NCBI GenBank assembly: GCA_030141605.1
Contig: JAQGDQ010001291.1
Span: 1-49,415, forward strand
Origin: Tubiluchus corallicola
Lineage: Eukaryota; Animalia; Priapulida
Length of the DNA: 49,415 bases
Direction of reading: 5' to 3'
The notes under the pieces were generated by a model that worked only from the letters and a program-made list of their open reading frames with translations, was not told where the DNA came from and made no database searches. Numbering within the stretch: position 1 is the stretch's first letter; each line of letters begins with the position of its first letter. The position numbers and the translations under genes were made by a program. This document shows, one piece after another, positions 1 through 13,288 of the stretch.

Positions 1-1780
1 GGGGGGGGGAGTAGTGAATGAAAGATGAAATGGAGCGAGAACTAAGAAAAACTGTGATCATGATTATAAAGTGTTCAGTAACCTGTTGAACATAGTCACG
101 TTTTATTAAGATTACTGTGGAAAAAGAATGCAGGTGATCACCATTATCAAACTGTTTTACTCTTAATACTTAATACAATAATTACATCGATATACTGTTG
201 AAACAATTGCACATCCATCACATTTTCAAAATTTAGTGGGAAAAGCGCCGCTAGGTCTCACACAGTTAGCAGTCTTAAGGATATGATTGGAGCAGCGACC
301 CGAAAGCTTTGCGATTATTAGTTTTGGGTCAAAATGAATGGCTTGGATCTCCACCAGGCCTCAAAACCATCATGAACACTGAAGTTATTTTCAAGGACAA
401 ATTTGTTCTCAGATGATCCAAGAACATGCTATCGATTATTATGCAACAGACAAGCTGGTGTGATAGATGTGTTGAAAGGCCTTATTGAGATTTATACAAT
501 GTACTTTTCAAGTAAAAATACAATATTATATTCATTATTTATAATTCCGTATTCAAGATTATTGAAATCGGGATTTGTTGATTTATTGATTGATTTACTG
601 ATTTGTAAATAAGACTGGGTTTGCTTACAAAGGTTTGTGTGGTTGTAATGGACAGTTTGCACAGTAGTGTAACGGTTCGAGTTCTAATCCAGGTTACACA
701 TTGCATTCTTTTTGGTCAAAAAATTAATAATCTTGAAATTAGGCTTATAAGTAATTAAATTATTCGTCACGGAAGATCATGGACTCTGAATTAATTTACA
801 GAAAATAGTCTAATTAATAATTACTCTAATTAGAGTAACTTGACATAAGTCCGCCCTCATCACAGGGTGTTAGACTCGTGAGAAAGTGTTGATAGTTTTG
901 CAATCCGATGGTACAAAGTTCGAATCCAGGTCCAACACTGATTCCATTTCTTCCCTTTGATTCAAATTCAGCTTCAGTTTCAGATTTTTGCAATAAATTT
1001 TTACACTTTATTTTGAGGGCATTATAGATTCACAGTTGTTTCATTAGTAGTCTGATGTAATAAATTGATCAGTATTATTACTTATTTAACCACGCTTAGC
1101 AAAACTTCATGTACCACTCAGTACTGCACTATTACTGCTACTTGGTTACAAATTGACTCATTACGTTAATCTAAAAATTGATGAAAAACTAGCAATGCAG
1201 TTGTCCGATTCATTCTGTAACACACGTATTGTATAAACCGAAATTACGTTTATTTAGATATAAGCACGCACGTAGCTGGTTCAAATCAAAACTTGTTTTG
1301 GTTTGTCTGACAAGTTGGATTAATGCATTGCTGCAGCAAAAGTAACTTGATTAATTAGTGCGCAGAGAAAACTGTTTGCTTATTCTGTTTTAACTGTTGA
1401 CTACCCGTTTTAACACAATTATACTTGTTGAGACGTGGAGATAGGATTATGAATGTACTAATCATGTATGATTGAAATATGAATTGAGGTATATAATTAT
1501 TTATAACTAAAATCTTTGCACTACCTGCTTGAGACGCATCAGCTTTCAGATGCAAATCACACATCTAAACTAAACCTAAAATAGAGGTATATACTTAAAT
1601 CACGTGTGTACATAATTTTCATTTTATTAGATAATTTTGTTTATTTTTCATTACGGCGTGTAACTAACTATGAACGATTTGTTTATTTCTGAAGAAAAAT
1701 TAATATTGAAAATGTAAAGTTTCTAAGCCTCAACCATACTTGATTAAACAAGAAAGTATCGGCGGTCCTATTATTAATTT

Positions 1781-1914
1781 CCTAACCCTAATTAACCCTA
1801 ACCCTAACCCTAATTAACCCTAACCCTAACCCTAACCCTAACCCTAACCCTAACCCTAACCCTAACCCTAACCCTAACCCTAACCCTAACCCTAACCCTA
1901 ACCCTAACCCTAAC
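1781..1914 (+). repeat. Interstitial telomeric repeat (CCCTAA)n, about 20 units with two CCCTAATTAA variants
   Basis: Read directly. Confidence 0.97.
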
Positions 1915-2260
1915 TATTAATTTTGTATAAACATTGTTAACTTATATAAGTATTATTATGGATACTACCCCGCCCCCTTATTTTTAATTCGGTTTTTCGG
2001 GTAGTAACACAACATTTATTAATTTTATGGATAATGTATATAAATTTGACGACACCTTTTCACCTGTTTCTAATGTTCTTCCGGTCTCGTATTTATATTC
2101 ACCGGAAGTTGTACCGCTGCAGGCGTACAACTAGTGCGTGAGGGATGTTTTAATGTTAAACTGGTTGGATAAGGGAGGATTCTTGTTATGCGACTCTTGC
2201 TCTGTACTTTTCTGAGAAGTTTTATACGTAAACCAAGTGAATTTACGGCCATTGAGTTAT

Positions 2261-3038
2261 TCAGTTTTCACAGACATTTCTTATTATATGTAAGACTTGT
2301 TGTTCTAATCAAGTGTAAAAGTAAAGGTCTGCTAATGGTTGTATTTTATAGAAGTACTTTAGCAGACTCAGTTTTCACAGACATTTCTCATTATATGTAA
2401 GACTTGTTGTTCTAATCAAGTGTAAAAGTAAAGGTCTGCTAATGGTTGTATTTTATAGAAGTACTTTAGCAGACTCAGTTTTCACAGACATTTCTCATTA
2501 TATGTAAGACTTGTTGTTCTAATCAAGTGTAAAAGTAAAGGTCTGCTAATGGTTGTATTTTATAGAAGTACTTTAGCAGACTCAGTTTTCACAGACATTT
2601 CTTATTATATGTAAGACTTGTTGTTCTAATCAAGTGTAAAAGTAAAGGTCTGCTAATGGTTGTATTTTATAGAAGTACTTTAGCAGACTCAGTTTTCACA
2701 GACATTTCTCATTATATGTAAGACTTGTTGTTCTAATCACGTGTAAAAGTAAAGGTCTGCTAATGGTTGTATTTTATAGAAGTACTTTAGCAGACTCAGT
2801 TTTCACAGACATTTCTTATTATATGTAAGACTTGTTGTTCTAATCACGTGTAAAAGTAAAGGTCTGCTAATGGTTGTATTTTATAGAAGTACTTTAGCAG
2901 ACTCAGTTTTCACAGACATTTCTTATTATATGTAAGACTTGTTGTTCTAATCACGTGTAAAAGTAAAGGTCTGCTAATGGTTGTATTTTATAGAAGTACC
3001 TTAGCAGACTCAGTTTTCACAGACATTTTTCATTGTAT
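2261..3038. repeat. 107-bp tandem repeat, about 7.2 copies
   Basis: TCAGTTTTCACAGAC recurs at 2261, 2368, 2475 ... 3010. Confidence 0.96.
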
Positions 3039-3282
3039 GCGCAACTTCAGAATAAAAGATGCAGCGTAGGCCTAGGATTTGGAAAAAGTACGAAAAGAAA
3101 TTTCACACATAATATTATATATGAAGTGAAAAATATCTGCGCGCGTGAGTAGAGTACAATAACCCCATGCGAAAATATGAAAAAGTAATATAATATAAAT
3201 CCTTAGCAGATCTTTATCTAGCTTATATAGCTGTATATTTCGTCTGCGACTGAGTAACTTTAAATTAGCTTTATTATAATTA

Positions 3283-3512
3283 TGACGTCATCACTGGTGT
3301 GTTTTTACAATTCACTCTGGAATTTGTTACTGTATATGAAAACCGTTTTATTCAACCCATCCTGCATTTGCACGATACATACAGTGAGATTTATAAAGCT
3401 TTTTACCCATTATCTTTGTAAAATTTAAGCGTAACGTAATTGAGATAGTAGCAAACTCGAAATTTCCTGCCCCACTGATCAGAAACGTGAGTGATAGCGT
3501 GTGCGCATGCGC
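3283..3512 (+). promoter_or_regulatory. Candidate promoter for exon A with CRE and NRF1-like motifs (mirror 45904-46133)
   Basis: TGACGTCA at 3283-3290 and TGCGCATGCGC at 3502-3512, about 300-530 bp upstream of the ATG at 3814. Confidence 0.4.
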
Positions 3513-3813
3513 CTGCCGCAGCTGTTGTGAATGTACACAAGAGCAGCTGTCTACCGTCTGCTTCTTGGATGTCTAGAGGTTCCTGCTAAAGCTTTAAATA
3601 CGATCAGCTGTTAACCAGTATTACAGCAAATATGAATATTCGTAAGCGTCAGTGAATGTTTTTTTCCAAAGTGTGTTACTTTGAACAGAGAGACAGCGTG
3701 ATGAAGAAACAGCGTGATTAGACAGCATCATTATGTGCAAATTGTAGTTGCGATTATGTTGTGACATTTGTAAAGTTTTGTTGTGCATTTATGACTAGTT
3801 TATGTGGTTTATA

Positions 3814-3875
3814 ATGGCTTCTGAGCAAGGTGCGATAGAAAAACCTATTTGCTCGGCAAGCAATTCCAACGCTAG
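3814..3875 (+). CDS. Putative first coding exon A (MASEQGAIEKPICSASNSNA)
   Basis: ATG in ataATGG context, AG|gtacga donor, phase 2 compatible with the exon at 5527. No recognisable homology. Confidence 0.5.
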
Positions 3876-3960
3876 GTACGATTTGCAGTACTAAATTAAC
3901 AATTGGCATACACCTGCTGCTTAATTGGTGCTATTCGTTGTAATGTGCATACGGAGTGTA

Positions 3961-4430
3961 ATATATATATAATAATCTTTATTTGCCATAAAAAATCGAT
4001 ATTCATAACTATAAAAGCATAAAAGAACACCGCAGCATGAGAATAAAATTCACACAACTGTTAAAGGCAAATGCGTCCAGTGCAAACTAAAAACTACTGT
4101 GCCAAAAATTTAAAGCAAAATATACATTATAATATTACACGGAAATTATAATAGACTATATACAATATATACACATAATTTAAAATGGACGTGGGTAAAT
4201 AAAATTTGTGAATGAATATATATTATCGTTTACGTATGTAGGGTTTTCAAAACGATTTAATGTATGTATTTTTAATTTTGATTTGAATTCGTCAAAAGAC
4301 TCGATTTGTTTTGATGGCAGGGTATTCCAAAGTTGAACTCCTTGTTTAGTGATACAATTGTTGTCGTATTTGTTATTAGTGCGTGTTTGTTTAATATTGT
4401 GTGTTCTTGGATTTTGCATTTCCTTTGTTT
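3961..4430 (-). mobile_element. 5'-truncated CR1/L2-group LINE: ORF2 C-terminus plus 3' UTR (mirror 44986-45455)
   Basis: GVQLWNTLP...FKSKLKIH is typical of the CR1/L2 ORF2 end. The UTR ends GGCAAATAAAGATT plus a short AT tail. Confidence 0.75.
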
Positions 4431-4615
4431 TCCCATTATATTAGTTAAGCAAGAATTAGTATTAAAAGCCCCGATGTTCCTAGCAGCTCAAATTATAATA
4501 CTAAAAAGGCGCAAATTTCAATTATTTACGAAAGTTTGTGTTTTTTAACGTACTGGCTGTGGACTTATAATATAGCAGGCGTACTGTAACTAATTTATAA
4601 TTTATAATTAATGTA

Positions 4616-4828
4616 ACCACTACTATTGCCGTTGCTGTTGCTAATGCTGCTGCCACTATCACTATCACTTACCACCATTATTGTAGGGGTTACAATACCC
4701 ATTACGTTGCAAGGCAGAAACGAACAAAAAACATTCATCAAATAAGTATTGTAACCCCTACAAATATGGTGGTAAGTGACAGTGATAGTGACAGCAGCAT
4801 TAGCAACAGCAACGGCAATAGTTGTGGT
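4616..4828. repeat. Fold-back inverted repeat, about 83-bp arms and 47-bp loop, MITE-like (mirror 44588-44800)
   Basis: 4616-4698 is nearly complementary to 4746-4828. Confidence 0.85.
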
Positions 4829-5526
4829 AATGACACTTCATTGGAAAAATCGATGAAAATAAATAGGAAGCAACTAGCAAATAAAAAGAATATCATCGCA
4901 TGATAGTCCACTGTATAAACAACACACTGTATATAAACAAAAAAGTACGTTAATTATGTCCTAAGAATAATGTTAGGACGTCTATTAAAAAGGTTATACA
5001 TGTAATAAGTAAGCGGTTAGCAGTTTTATACGCCTACATACTGATGTAACTTGTACAGGAAGGAAATGGATGATTGTAGTTCATTAATAAAAGTAAAATA
5101 TTACAAAACTGGCATAGCACAGCAGACGAGTCACAAAGCAATTGCATTTGATACTAGTAGTTGAACTTGTCTTACTGGACTCGCAGTGTGCACACGCTTT
5201 GGCGCTGTGCCAATTTTCTCACGCCTACGCACTTATACAGCTTAACAGCACTTTCGACTTTGGTCGTATGTGTGCTGGCTACTGTATTGCTTAGTAAGCT
5301 CCTACACTACTCCTACACTACTACCTGTTTTACCACTAAAATCAAACTACTGTGATTATATAGTTTTCACCATGGAGGCGTGAGGAATTTGGCCCTGTGC
5401 CAAATGAACCTTTTTGTTTAATGAGTCGTGATTGATAAGCGTGTTGTGATATACTGAACATTTCTCATAGGAATGTGTCAGGAAACTGTAATTTCGTTTT
5501 CTTAATAGTTTATGCTGTTTTTGTAG

Positions 5527-5590
5527 GACGTCAGAGAGAGAAGAGGAGATGCACATCTCACCCATGATTTCAAAGAAAAGATCTCACCAG
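5527..5590 (+). CDS. Putative exon C (RTSEREEEMHISPMISKKRSHQ)
   Basis: tttttgtag acceptor and CAG|gttagg donor; 64 nt, phase 2-0, purine-rich. Confidence 0.55.
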
Positions 5591-6489
5591 GTTAGGATAC
5601 GTGTACAAGACATGTTTACTGACAATATCAACTAAAGTTTTTTTCCAGTGAACTCTTTACCAACTTTTGGCCTATATACTTATAATTGTTTTCGTGACTT
5701 CGTCAAAATCTTTTTCAATATTAACGGATATCAACTTAAAATGGTATTCTTGTCAATAGATGTCGCGCATACGTATAATATCAGATTTTTGCATTCGCGC
5801 TGTATTGTTATACTACGTATTTACTAGGTGATGTTTATATGCTGTGGCGTCATCTACCTGAAATTAATATTAAACTAACAAAAAAGTATGGCAGTTGTGC
5901 ACTTTGTGCTTTATTTTCATCGTTCATTTTCTCTTTGTTCAACGTTCAAGTGGAATTATTTTTTGTCCAGGGGCTTTTCAAGATTTATAGACCTGATTTT
6001 TCTGTAACGTCTGTGTTGCAAGTAACAGCGACGATCCTATTGTTGACGAGTTCTGCTTTTGCTTTGCTTTAATGAGTTTAATTAGTCGAATGAATTATAA
6101 TTAAAACATTATTGTTATTCACTGCGAGTGTGAAAAAAGTATACAGTCTTTGATCTTTTTTCACTTTTTAGCAGTTTAATAAACGTCCTCAAATTAAGCA
6201 GTATGCGTTTCAACATAGAAGTGCAGGCATTGATGGAGTTGTGATTTTTAAATAGTAATTCAAAATTTCTATCAGTATCCATCCTCACAGTAGTTGCAAA
6301 ACTGTGGTGTTAGCTTAATCATGTTATTTTAATTTTACATACTATTAACAAATAATAGTCTTTCTATCTTTTACATCATCCCATATATGAGCTTCAATCA
6401 TTACATCATTCCATTTTAAGCACTAATGTTTTTTTATCACGATTTACTTTAAAATTTCAGATTATCTCCATTACTTTTTTTCTATCACT

Positions 6490-6693
6490 GTGTGAGACAA
6501 TCTAACAAGCCCTGCTTTTTGATTGCCCGCAACACATTTACCTTCGTGTATAAGTGAACAGTGTTTGAGGCTTTTCCTGTGCAGTATTTCTTATTTGTAT
6601 CATGTTCATTGTAGGCCCTTTCACTAGATATTGTACATGTAACCATTGTAAATGTGTAATGTGAAATAAATGACTTATGACTTATGACTATGA
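6490..6693 (+). mobile_element. Probable LINE/SINE 3' tail ending AATAAA plus (TGACTTA)n (mirror 42723-42926)
   Basis: AAATAAATGACTTATGACTTATGACTATGA; architecture only, no protein match. Confidence 0.35.
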
Positions 6694-7375
6694 GTAAATC
6701 TAACCGGCTACTTCTAGCAAGGCAATCTTAAATCCTGCAGACGTAGGAAAAATAGATCATAGCAGATGCCTTTTATTGTGAAACGTAACAATAGAAATAC
6801 AGTTAACCGTAATAAAACACCATATCGTCATCTCTTTGTTCGCCCCGTCTGCATTGTCCCACATGCACTATATGCAGAGGTCAGAATAGATTTCATTCAG
6901 GTTACCTCCCAGACACAATACCCAGCTCTCTCTGTCTCAGACTAGCCTTATTGCATAGAGGAGAATGAATGGGGCTCGTGTGAGAGGGATAATACAAGCA
7001 GGTGGGGGTTAACAGCTGTTCAGTGAGGTGGCGCTAGGGTTGTTTAAGGCTCGTTAGCTCCTTTAACCTGCTGTTACATTCAAGCACTAATCAGTTTGAT
7101 TATCACTTTAAATTTGTGCTATTTTTTCCAGCCCCATTTTGAGAATTTTGTGCATGAGTACTTTTGAAAAATTTGTTCCTGTTTGCGTGTCTAACTTCTT
7201 GTCATCTTAGATGCGCCTTCCTTTGAGGTTTTGAATATTTTTTCTATATATAATGCAGGCTCTAAAATAGCAATATTTGGAGGTGGAGAATAGGTTAGCT
7301 TTGTGATTTTGATATTGAACGTAAATTATAAATTATTTAAACTTATATGAATTATACTCTATACTGTACTCCATG

Positions 7376-7484
7376 CAGGGCCGGCCTTAAGCATAGGCAA
7401 ACTAGGCAACAGCCCAGGGCCTCATGCTCCAGGGGGCCTCACGCCGAGGTAACATTTTTTTGCTTTATGCGAACATACTGCCTC

Positions 7485-7527
<43 letters not shown>

Positions 7528-7634
7528 AATTACGTAATTTTATTTTTTTCGTATTTATTTTTTATTTTTCTATTTCATTTGGGGCCACCAAATTCACTTC
7601 GCCTAGGGACTCCAATTACCTAAGCCCGGCCCTG
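7376..7634. mobile_element. Non-autonomous hAT-like MITE with internal (CT)n (mirror 41782-42040)
   Basis: TIRs CAGGGCCGG...CCGGCCCTG, flanked by the direct repeat CTCCATG at 7369-7375 and 7635-7641. Confidence 0.85.
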
Positions 7635-7997
7635 CTCCATGTGCCATTGAGTTGATAATAAGTGCCATTTTCTGATGATTATATCATCTCCACGATACAA
7701 GCCGGTTGTAGATGGTTATGGCGGGACAGGGATGTAGCTCGTTATCAATTGTGATCCTCGACACTGAACGGCAGAAATATCTTAGCTACGTTCAAATTGG
7801 TGTACATCAACGAGCAGACACATGAAACTGTCAAGATGCAGTCTTGCTTGTGGTCAACTGTCAGTTATTGACCGAGTCTCGTGTGGCTTAACTGCTTGGC
7901 TATAGATCGATATAATTGAACTTGATAAAAATAATGTTACTTTGTATAAAATGATTGTAGAATTGCTATAGAGATTATATTCTTAATTTTTCGCTAG

Positions 7998-8105
7998 GAC
8001 ACGCAAGCAAAAATTATTTTTGAGAAACGCTGTAAGAGGGAACACAGAGCAGAAGGAAAAAGAGAAGGAGTTCACAGTCCTGTTACCATTAACGTAACTC
8101 AACAG
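7998..8105 (+). CDS. Putative exon D (DTQAKIIFEKRCKREHRAEGKREGVHSPVTINVTQQ)
   Basis: tttttcgctag acceptor and CAG|gtatat donor; 108 nt, phase 0-0, open. Confidence 0.6.
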
Positions 8106-8118
8106 GTATATAACTCAT

Positions 8119-8204
<86 letters not shown>

Positions 8205-8610
8205 AAATCTTTATTTGCCATTTTAAAACATTGACCATCATATTAAAAGACAGAGAATCAGTGTTAGTTCATATAAAAAACATTCACTGTTCTGGGCAAA
8301 TGCGTCTGGTGCAAGCTAAACTATAATTGCAACTAGAAATTCAAAAATAAAATAAAAACTAGTTTAGTAAGGTCTAGGAAAAATGAAATTAAAATTTGAG
8401 TGAGTATCATCGTGTTCATATGTCGGATATTCAAAACGAGTCATTAAATGTTTTTTTAATTTAGACTTGAATATTGATAAAGAGCTGCTGTGTTTTAGTG
8501 ATGTCGGTAATGAATTCCAAAGTTGTATTGCTTGCTTAGTAATGGAATTCTTTCCATATTGATTGTTCTTTCTAATGTTTCTTAAATTTAGTGTTCTGTT
8601 ATTCATACTG
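8119..8610 (-). mobile_element. Second 5'-truncated LINE of the same family with a (TAC)n tail (mirror 40806-41297)
   Basis: AIQLWNSLPTSLKHSSSLSIFKSKLKKHL; shares UTR motifs TTGCAC..GACGCATTTGCC and GGCAAATAAAGATT with the first copy. Confidence 0.78.
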
Positions 8611-9390
8611 GGGTTACTTACTTACATTTCTATAATCAATACATTCATTACGATCATTTCACATACTTTTACCATTTAGCATTTGAACTAACTTGAGGGT
8701 CACTTTCAATGGAAGTGCATAATTAGGCCCTAAACTGTGCACCCAGCTACTCCAGTTGTAACTTACTGTCGTCAGAGTACAATGTCTCTGTAACTATTTC
8801 ACAATAATGACTACTTCATTGACAAAATAAGCCCTTACGTAAATGAGAAATAAAACTATTTTTATTTAACGTGAAATTCACAAAAAATTAGTGCATGTGC
8901 AAATACGAATTCTGGGCAGAGCCTAATAATGAATTCTGGACATAGCAGCTGGTCACCTAACGGACTCTGAGTGTCCAAACAATGTGCACAATGAGAAGTC
9001 ACGTCTGGAATTTAACAGAGCAGCTGCTTAATTTTACCTGACACACCGTAGACACACCTGCTTACAAGTGCTGTAGAAACTATAATTTTCTACATTACAT
9101 GCAAAATGTACGACATACATAAACTTACAGCTCAACTTAAATAAAGACTAACCTTTTTATAATATTAATATTAGGTCCTCATAACATTAATTTTAAATAC
9201 GTAATGGTTAAATTGTTATTTAAAGATAGTCACGTGTGTCTCTCCTTTCCCATTATTGAACATTATTTTATTAGAAACTAAAACATTCGTACAATAATTC
9301 AATTTTCATTCATCTTAAATACAAAATCTGATAATTTTTAATTACCTGGTACGTGCGCATTAACTAATTAATTATATTAGTAACAATCCT

Positions 9391-9658
<268 letters not shown>

Positions 9659-10139
9659 AAACAGAAATTAACATAATAGAGAATGTAGCATGTATCGAAT
9701 ACTTTTTAAGTTTAAGAATAGAGGTTGTACAGAATAGAGAAACAAGTTAAAAAGATTTTATTTTCACTTTCACTTCTCAAAAGCACAGCCTGTCCTTTTC
9801 TGAAGAGAAGCAAAGAAAAAACTCGGAGTGAAAGAATGATTAAGCAACGAATGAAAGAAAAATGTGCAAAATAATGAATGAATAAGAGTGTGAATAAGTA
9901 AAACTAATAAAAGAGCAGAAAACGTTATGTGGGCAAATAGTAACAAATTAATGAGCTAATTAAAAAGGGAAGAAATTTAAAATAACTTTTTTATTTCGTA
10001 ATCAACGGACGGACGGAAGGACAACTGAAGGAATGAATGAACGTATAGACAATCAATGTGCGAACAGAGGAGGAAATAAGTAAACAACTAAATAAATAAA
10101 TAATTGAATTAAAAAATATTTTCATTTGATTTATTTTAG

Positions 10140-10227
10140 GACACTAAAAATCTAAGCAGTGACGTCATTTCAACAATGACAGACAGTGGTGATGATCGCA
10201 GCAGTCTTAGTGATTCTTCGTCCAGTG
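10140..10227 (+). CDS. Putative exon E (DTKNLSSDVISTMTDSGDDRSSLSDSSSS)
   Basis: ttattttag acceptor and G|gtcagt donor; 88 nt, phase 0-1, Ser/Asp-rich. Confidence 0.6.
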
Positions 10228-10286
10228 GTCAGTTTTTTCACCTTTTTCTTTTAACTTTTGTTTTAAAATTACTTATTAAACTCACT

Positions 10287-13200
10287 TATTGTCTAGAGAA
10301 CTAATGCAGTAATAGTCTAAGAATTATAGTGTAGAAATACGAGTACAAGTGTATAATGGTGCAAGTATTGTCTAGAGAACTACTGCAGTAATAGTCTACG
10401 AATTATAGTGTAGAAATACGAGTACAAGTGTGTAATAGTGCAAGTATTGTCTAGAGAACTAATGCAGTAATAGTCTAAGAATTATAGTGTAGAAATACGA
10501 GTACAAGTGTGTAATGGTGCAAGTATTGTCTAGAGAACTACTGCAGTAATAGTCTACGAATTATAGTGTAGAAATACGAGTACAAGTGTGTAATGGTGCA
10601 AGTATTGTCTAGAGAACTAATGCAGTAATAGTCTACGAATTATAGTGTAGAAATACGAGTACAAGTGTGTAATGGTGCAAGTATTGTCTAGAGAACTACT
10701 GCAGTAATAGTCTACGAATTATAGTGTAGAAATACGAGTACAAGTGTGTAATGGTGCAAGTATTGTCTAGAGAACTACTGCAGTAATAGTCTACGAATTA
10801 TAGTGTAGAAATACGAGTACAAGTGTGTAATGGTGCAAGTATTGTCTAGAGAACTAATGCAGCAATAGTCTACGAATTATAGTGTAGAAATACGAGTACA
10901 AGTGTGTAATGGTGCAAGTATTGTCTAGAGAACTACTGCAGTAATAGTCTACGAATTATAGTGTAGAAATACGAGTACAAGTGTGTAATGGTGCAAGTAT
11001 TGTCTAGAGAACTAATGCAGTAATAGTCTAAGAATTATAGTGTAGAAATACGAGTACAAGTGTGTAATGGTGCAAGTATTGTCTAGAGAACTATTGCAGT
11101 AATAGTCTACGAATTATAGTGTAGAAATACGAGTACAAGTGTGTAATGGTGCAAGTATTGTCTAGAGAACTAATGCAGTAATAGTCTACCTATTATAGTG
11201 TAGAAATACGAGTACAAGTGTGTAATGGTGCAAGTATTGTCTAGAGAACTAATGCAGTAATAGTCTACGAATTATAGTGTAGAAATACGAGTACAAGTGT
11301 GTAATGGTGCAAGTATTGTCTAGAGAACTAATGCAGTAATAGTCTACGAATTATAGTGTAGAAATACGAGTACAAGTGTGTAATGGTGCAAGTATTGTCT
11401 AGAGAACTAATGCAGTAATAGTCTACGAATTATAGTGTAGAAATACGAGTACAAGTGTGTAATGGTGCAAGTATTGTCTAGAGAACTAATGCAGTAATAG
11501 TCTACGAATTATAGTGTAGAAATACGAGTACAAGTGTGTAATGGTGCAAGTATTGTCTAGAGAACTACTGCAGTAATAGTCTACGAATTATAGTGTAGAA
11601 ATACGAGTACAAGTGTGTAATGGTGCAAGTATTGTCTAGAGAACTACTGCAGTAATAGTCTACGAATTATAGTGTAGAAATACGAGTACAAGTGTGTAAT
11701 GGTGCAAGTATTGTCTAGAGAACTAATGCAGTAATAGTCTACGAATTATAGTGTAGAAATACGAGTACAAGTGTGTAATGGTGCAAGTATTGTCTAGAGA
11801 ACTACTGCAGTAATAGTCTACGAATTATAGTGTAGAAATACGAGTACAAGTGTGTAATGGTGCAAGTATTGTCTAGAGAACTAATGCAGTAATAGTCTAC
11901 GAATTATAGTGTAGAAATACGAGTACAAGTGTGTAATGGTGCAAGTATTGTCTAGAGAACTAATGCAGTAATAGTCTACGAATTATAGTGTAGAAATACG
12001 AGTACAAGTGTGTAATGGTGCAAGTATTGTCTAGAGAACTACTGCAGTAATAGTCTACGAATTATAGTGTAGAAATACGAGTACAAGTGTGTAATGGTGC
12101 AAGTATTGTCTAGAGAACTAATGCAGTAATAGTCTACGAATTATAGTGTAGAAATACGAGTACAAGTGTGTAATGGTGCAAGTATTGTCTAGAGAACTAA
12201 TGCAGTAATAGTCTACGAATTATAGTGTAGAAATACGAGTACAAGTGTGTAATGGTGCAAGTATTGTCTAGAGAACTAATGCAGTAATAGTCTACGAATT
12301 ATAGTATAGAAATACGAGTACAAGTGTGTAATGGTGCAAGTATTGTCTAGAGAACTAATGCAGTAATAGTCTACGAATTATAGTGTAGAAATACGAGTAC
12401 AAGTGTGTAATGGTGCAAGTATTGTCTAGAGAACTAATGCAGTAATAGTCTACGAATTATAGTGTAGAAATACGAGTACAAGTGTGTAATGGTGCAAGTA
12501 TTGTCTAGAGAACTAATGCAGTAATAGTCTACGAATTATAGTGTAGAAATACGAGTACAAGTGTGTAATGGTGCAAGTATTGTCTAGAGAACTAATGCAG
12601 TAATAGTCTACGAATTATAGTGTAGAAATACGAGTACAAGTGTGTAATGGTGCAAGTATTGTCTAGAGAACTAATGCAGTAATAGTCTACGAATTATAGT
12701 GTAGAAATACGAGTACAAGTGTGTAATGGTGCAAGTATTGTCTAGAGAACTAATGCAGTAATAGTCTACGAATTATAGTGTAGAAATACGAGTACAAGTG
12801 TGTAATGGTGCAAGTATTGTCTAGAGAACTAATGCAGTAATAGTCTACGAATTATAGTGTAGAAATACGAGTACAAGTGTGTAATGGTGCAAGTATTGTC
12901 TAGAGAACTACTGCAGTAATAGTCTACGAATTATAGTGTAGAAATACGAGTACAAGTGTGTAATGGTGAAAGTATTGTCTAGAGAACTAATGCAGTAATA
13001 GTCTACGAATTATAGTGTAGAAATACGAGTACAAGTGTGTAATGGTGAAAGTATTGTCTAGAGAACTAATGCAGTAATAGTCTACGAATTATAGTGTAGA
13101 AATACGAGTACAAGTGTGTAATGGTGAAAGTATTGTCTAGAGAACTACTGCAGTAATAGTCTACGAATTATAGTGTAGAAATACGAGTACAAGTGTGTAA

Positions 13201-13288
13201 TGGTGCAAGTATTGTCTAGAGAACTAATGCAGTAATAGTCTACGAATTATAGTGTAGAAATACGAGTACAAGTGTGTAATGGTGCAAG
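10287..13288. repeat. 79-bp tandem repeat, 38 copies, in the putative E-F intron
   Basis: GTCTAGAGAA recurs at 10291, 10370 ...; 3002 bp = 38 x 79. Confidence 0.98.

Noticed and set aside
5059-5092. Extra exon B (RKEMDDCSSLIK)
   Set aside because: The donor is weak and including it breaks the phase chain with exons C and D.
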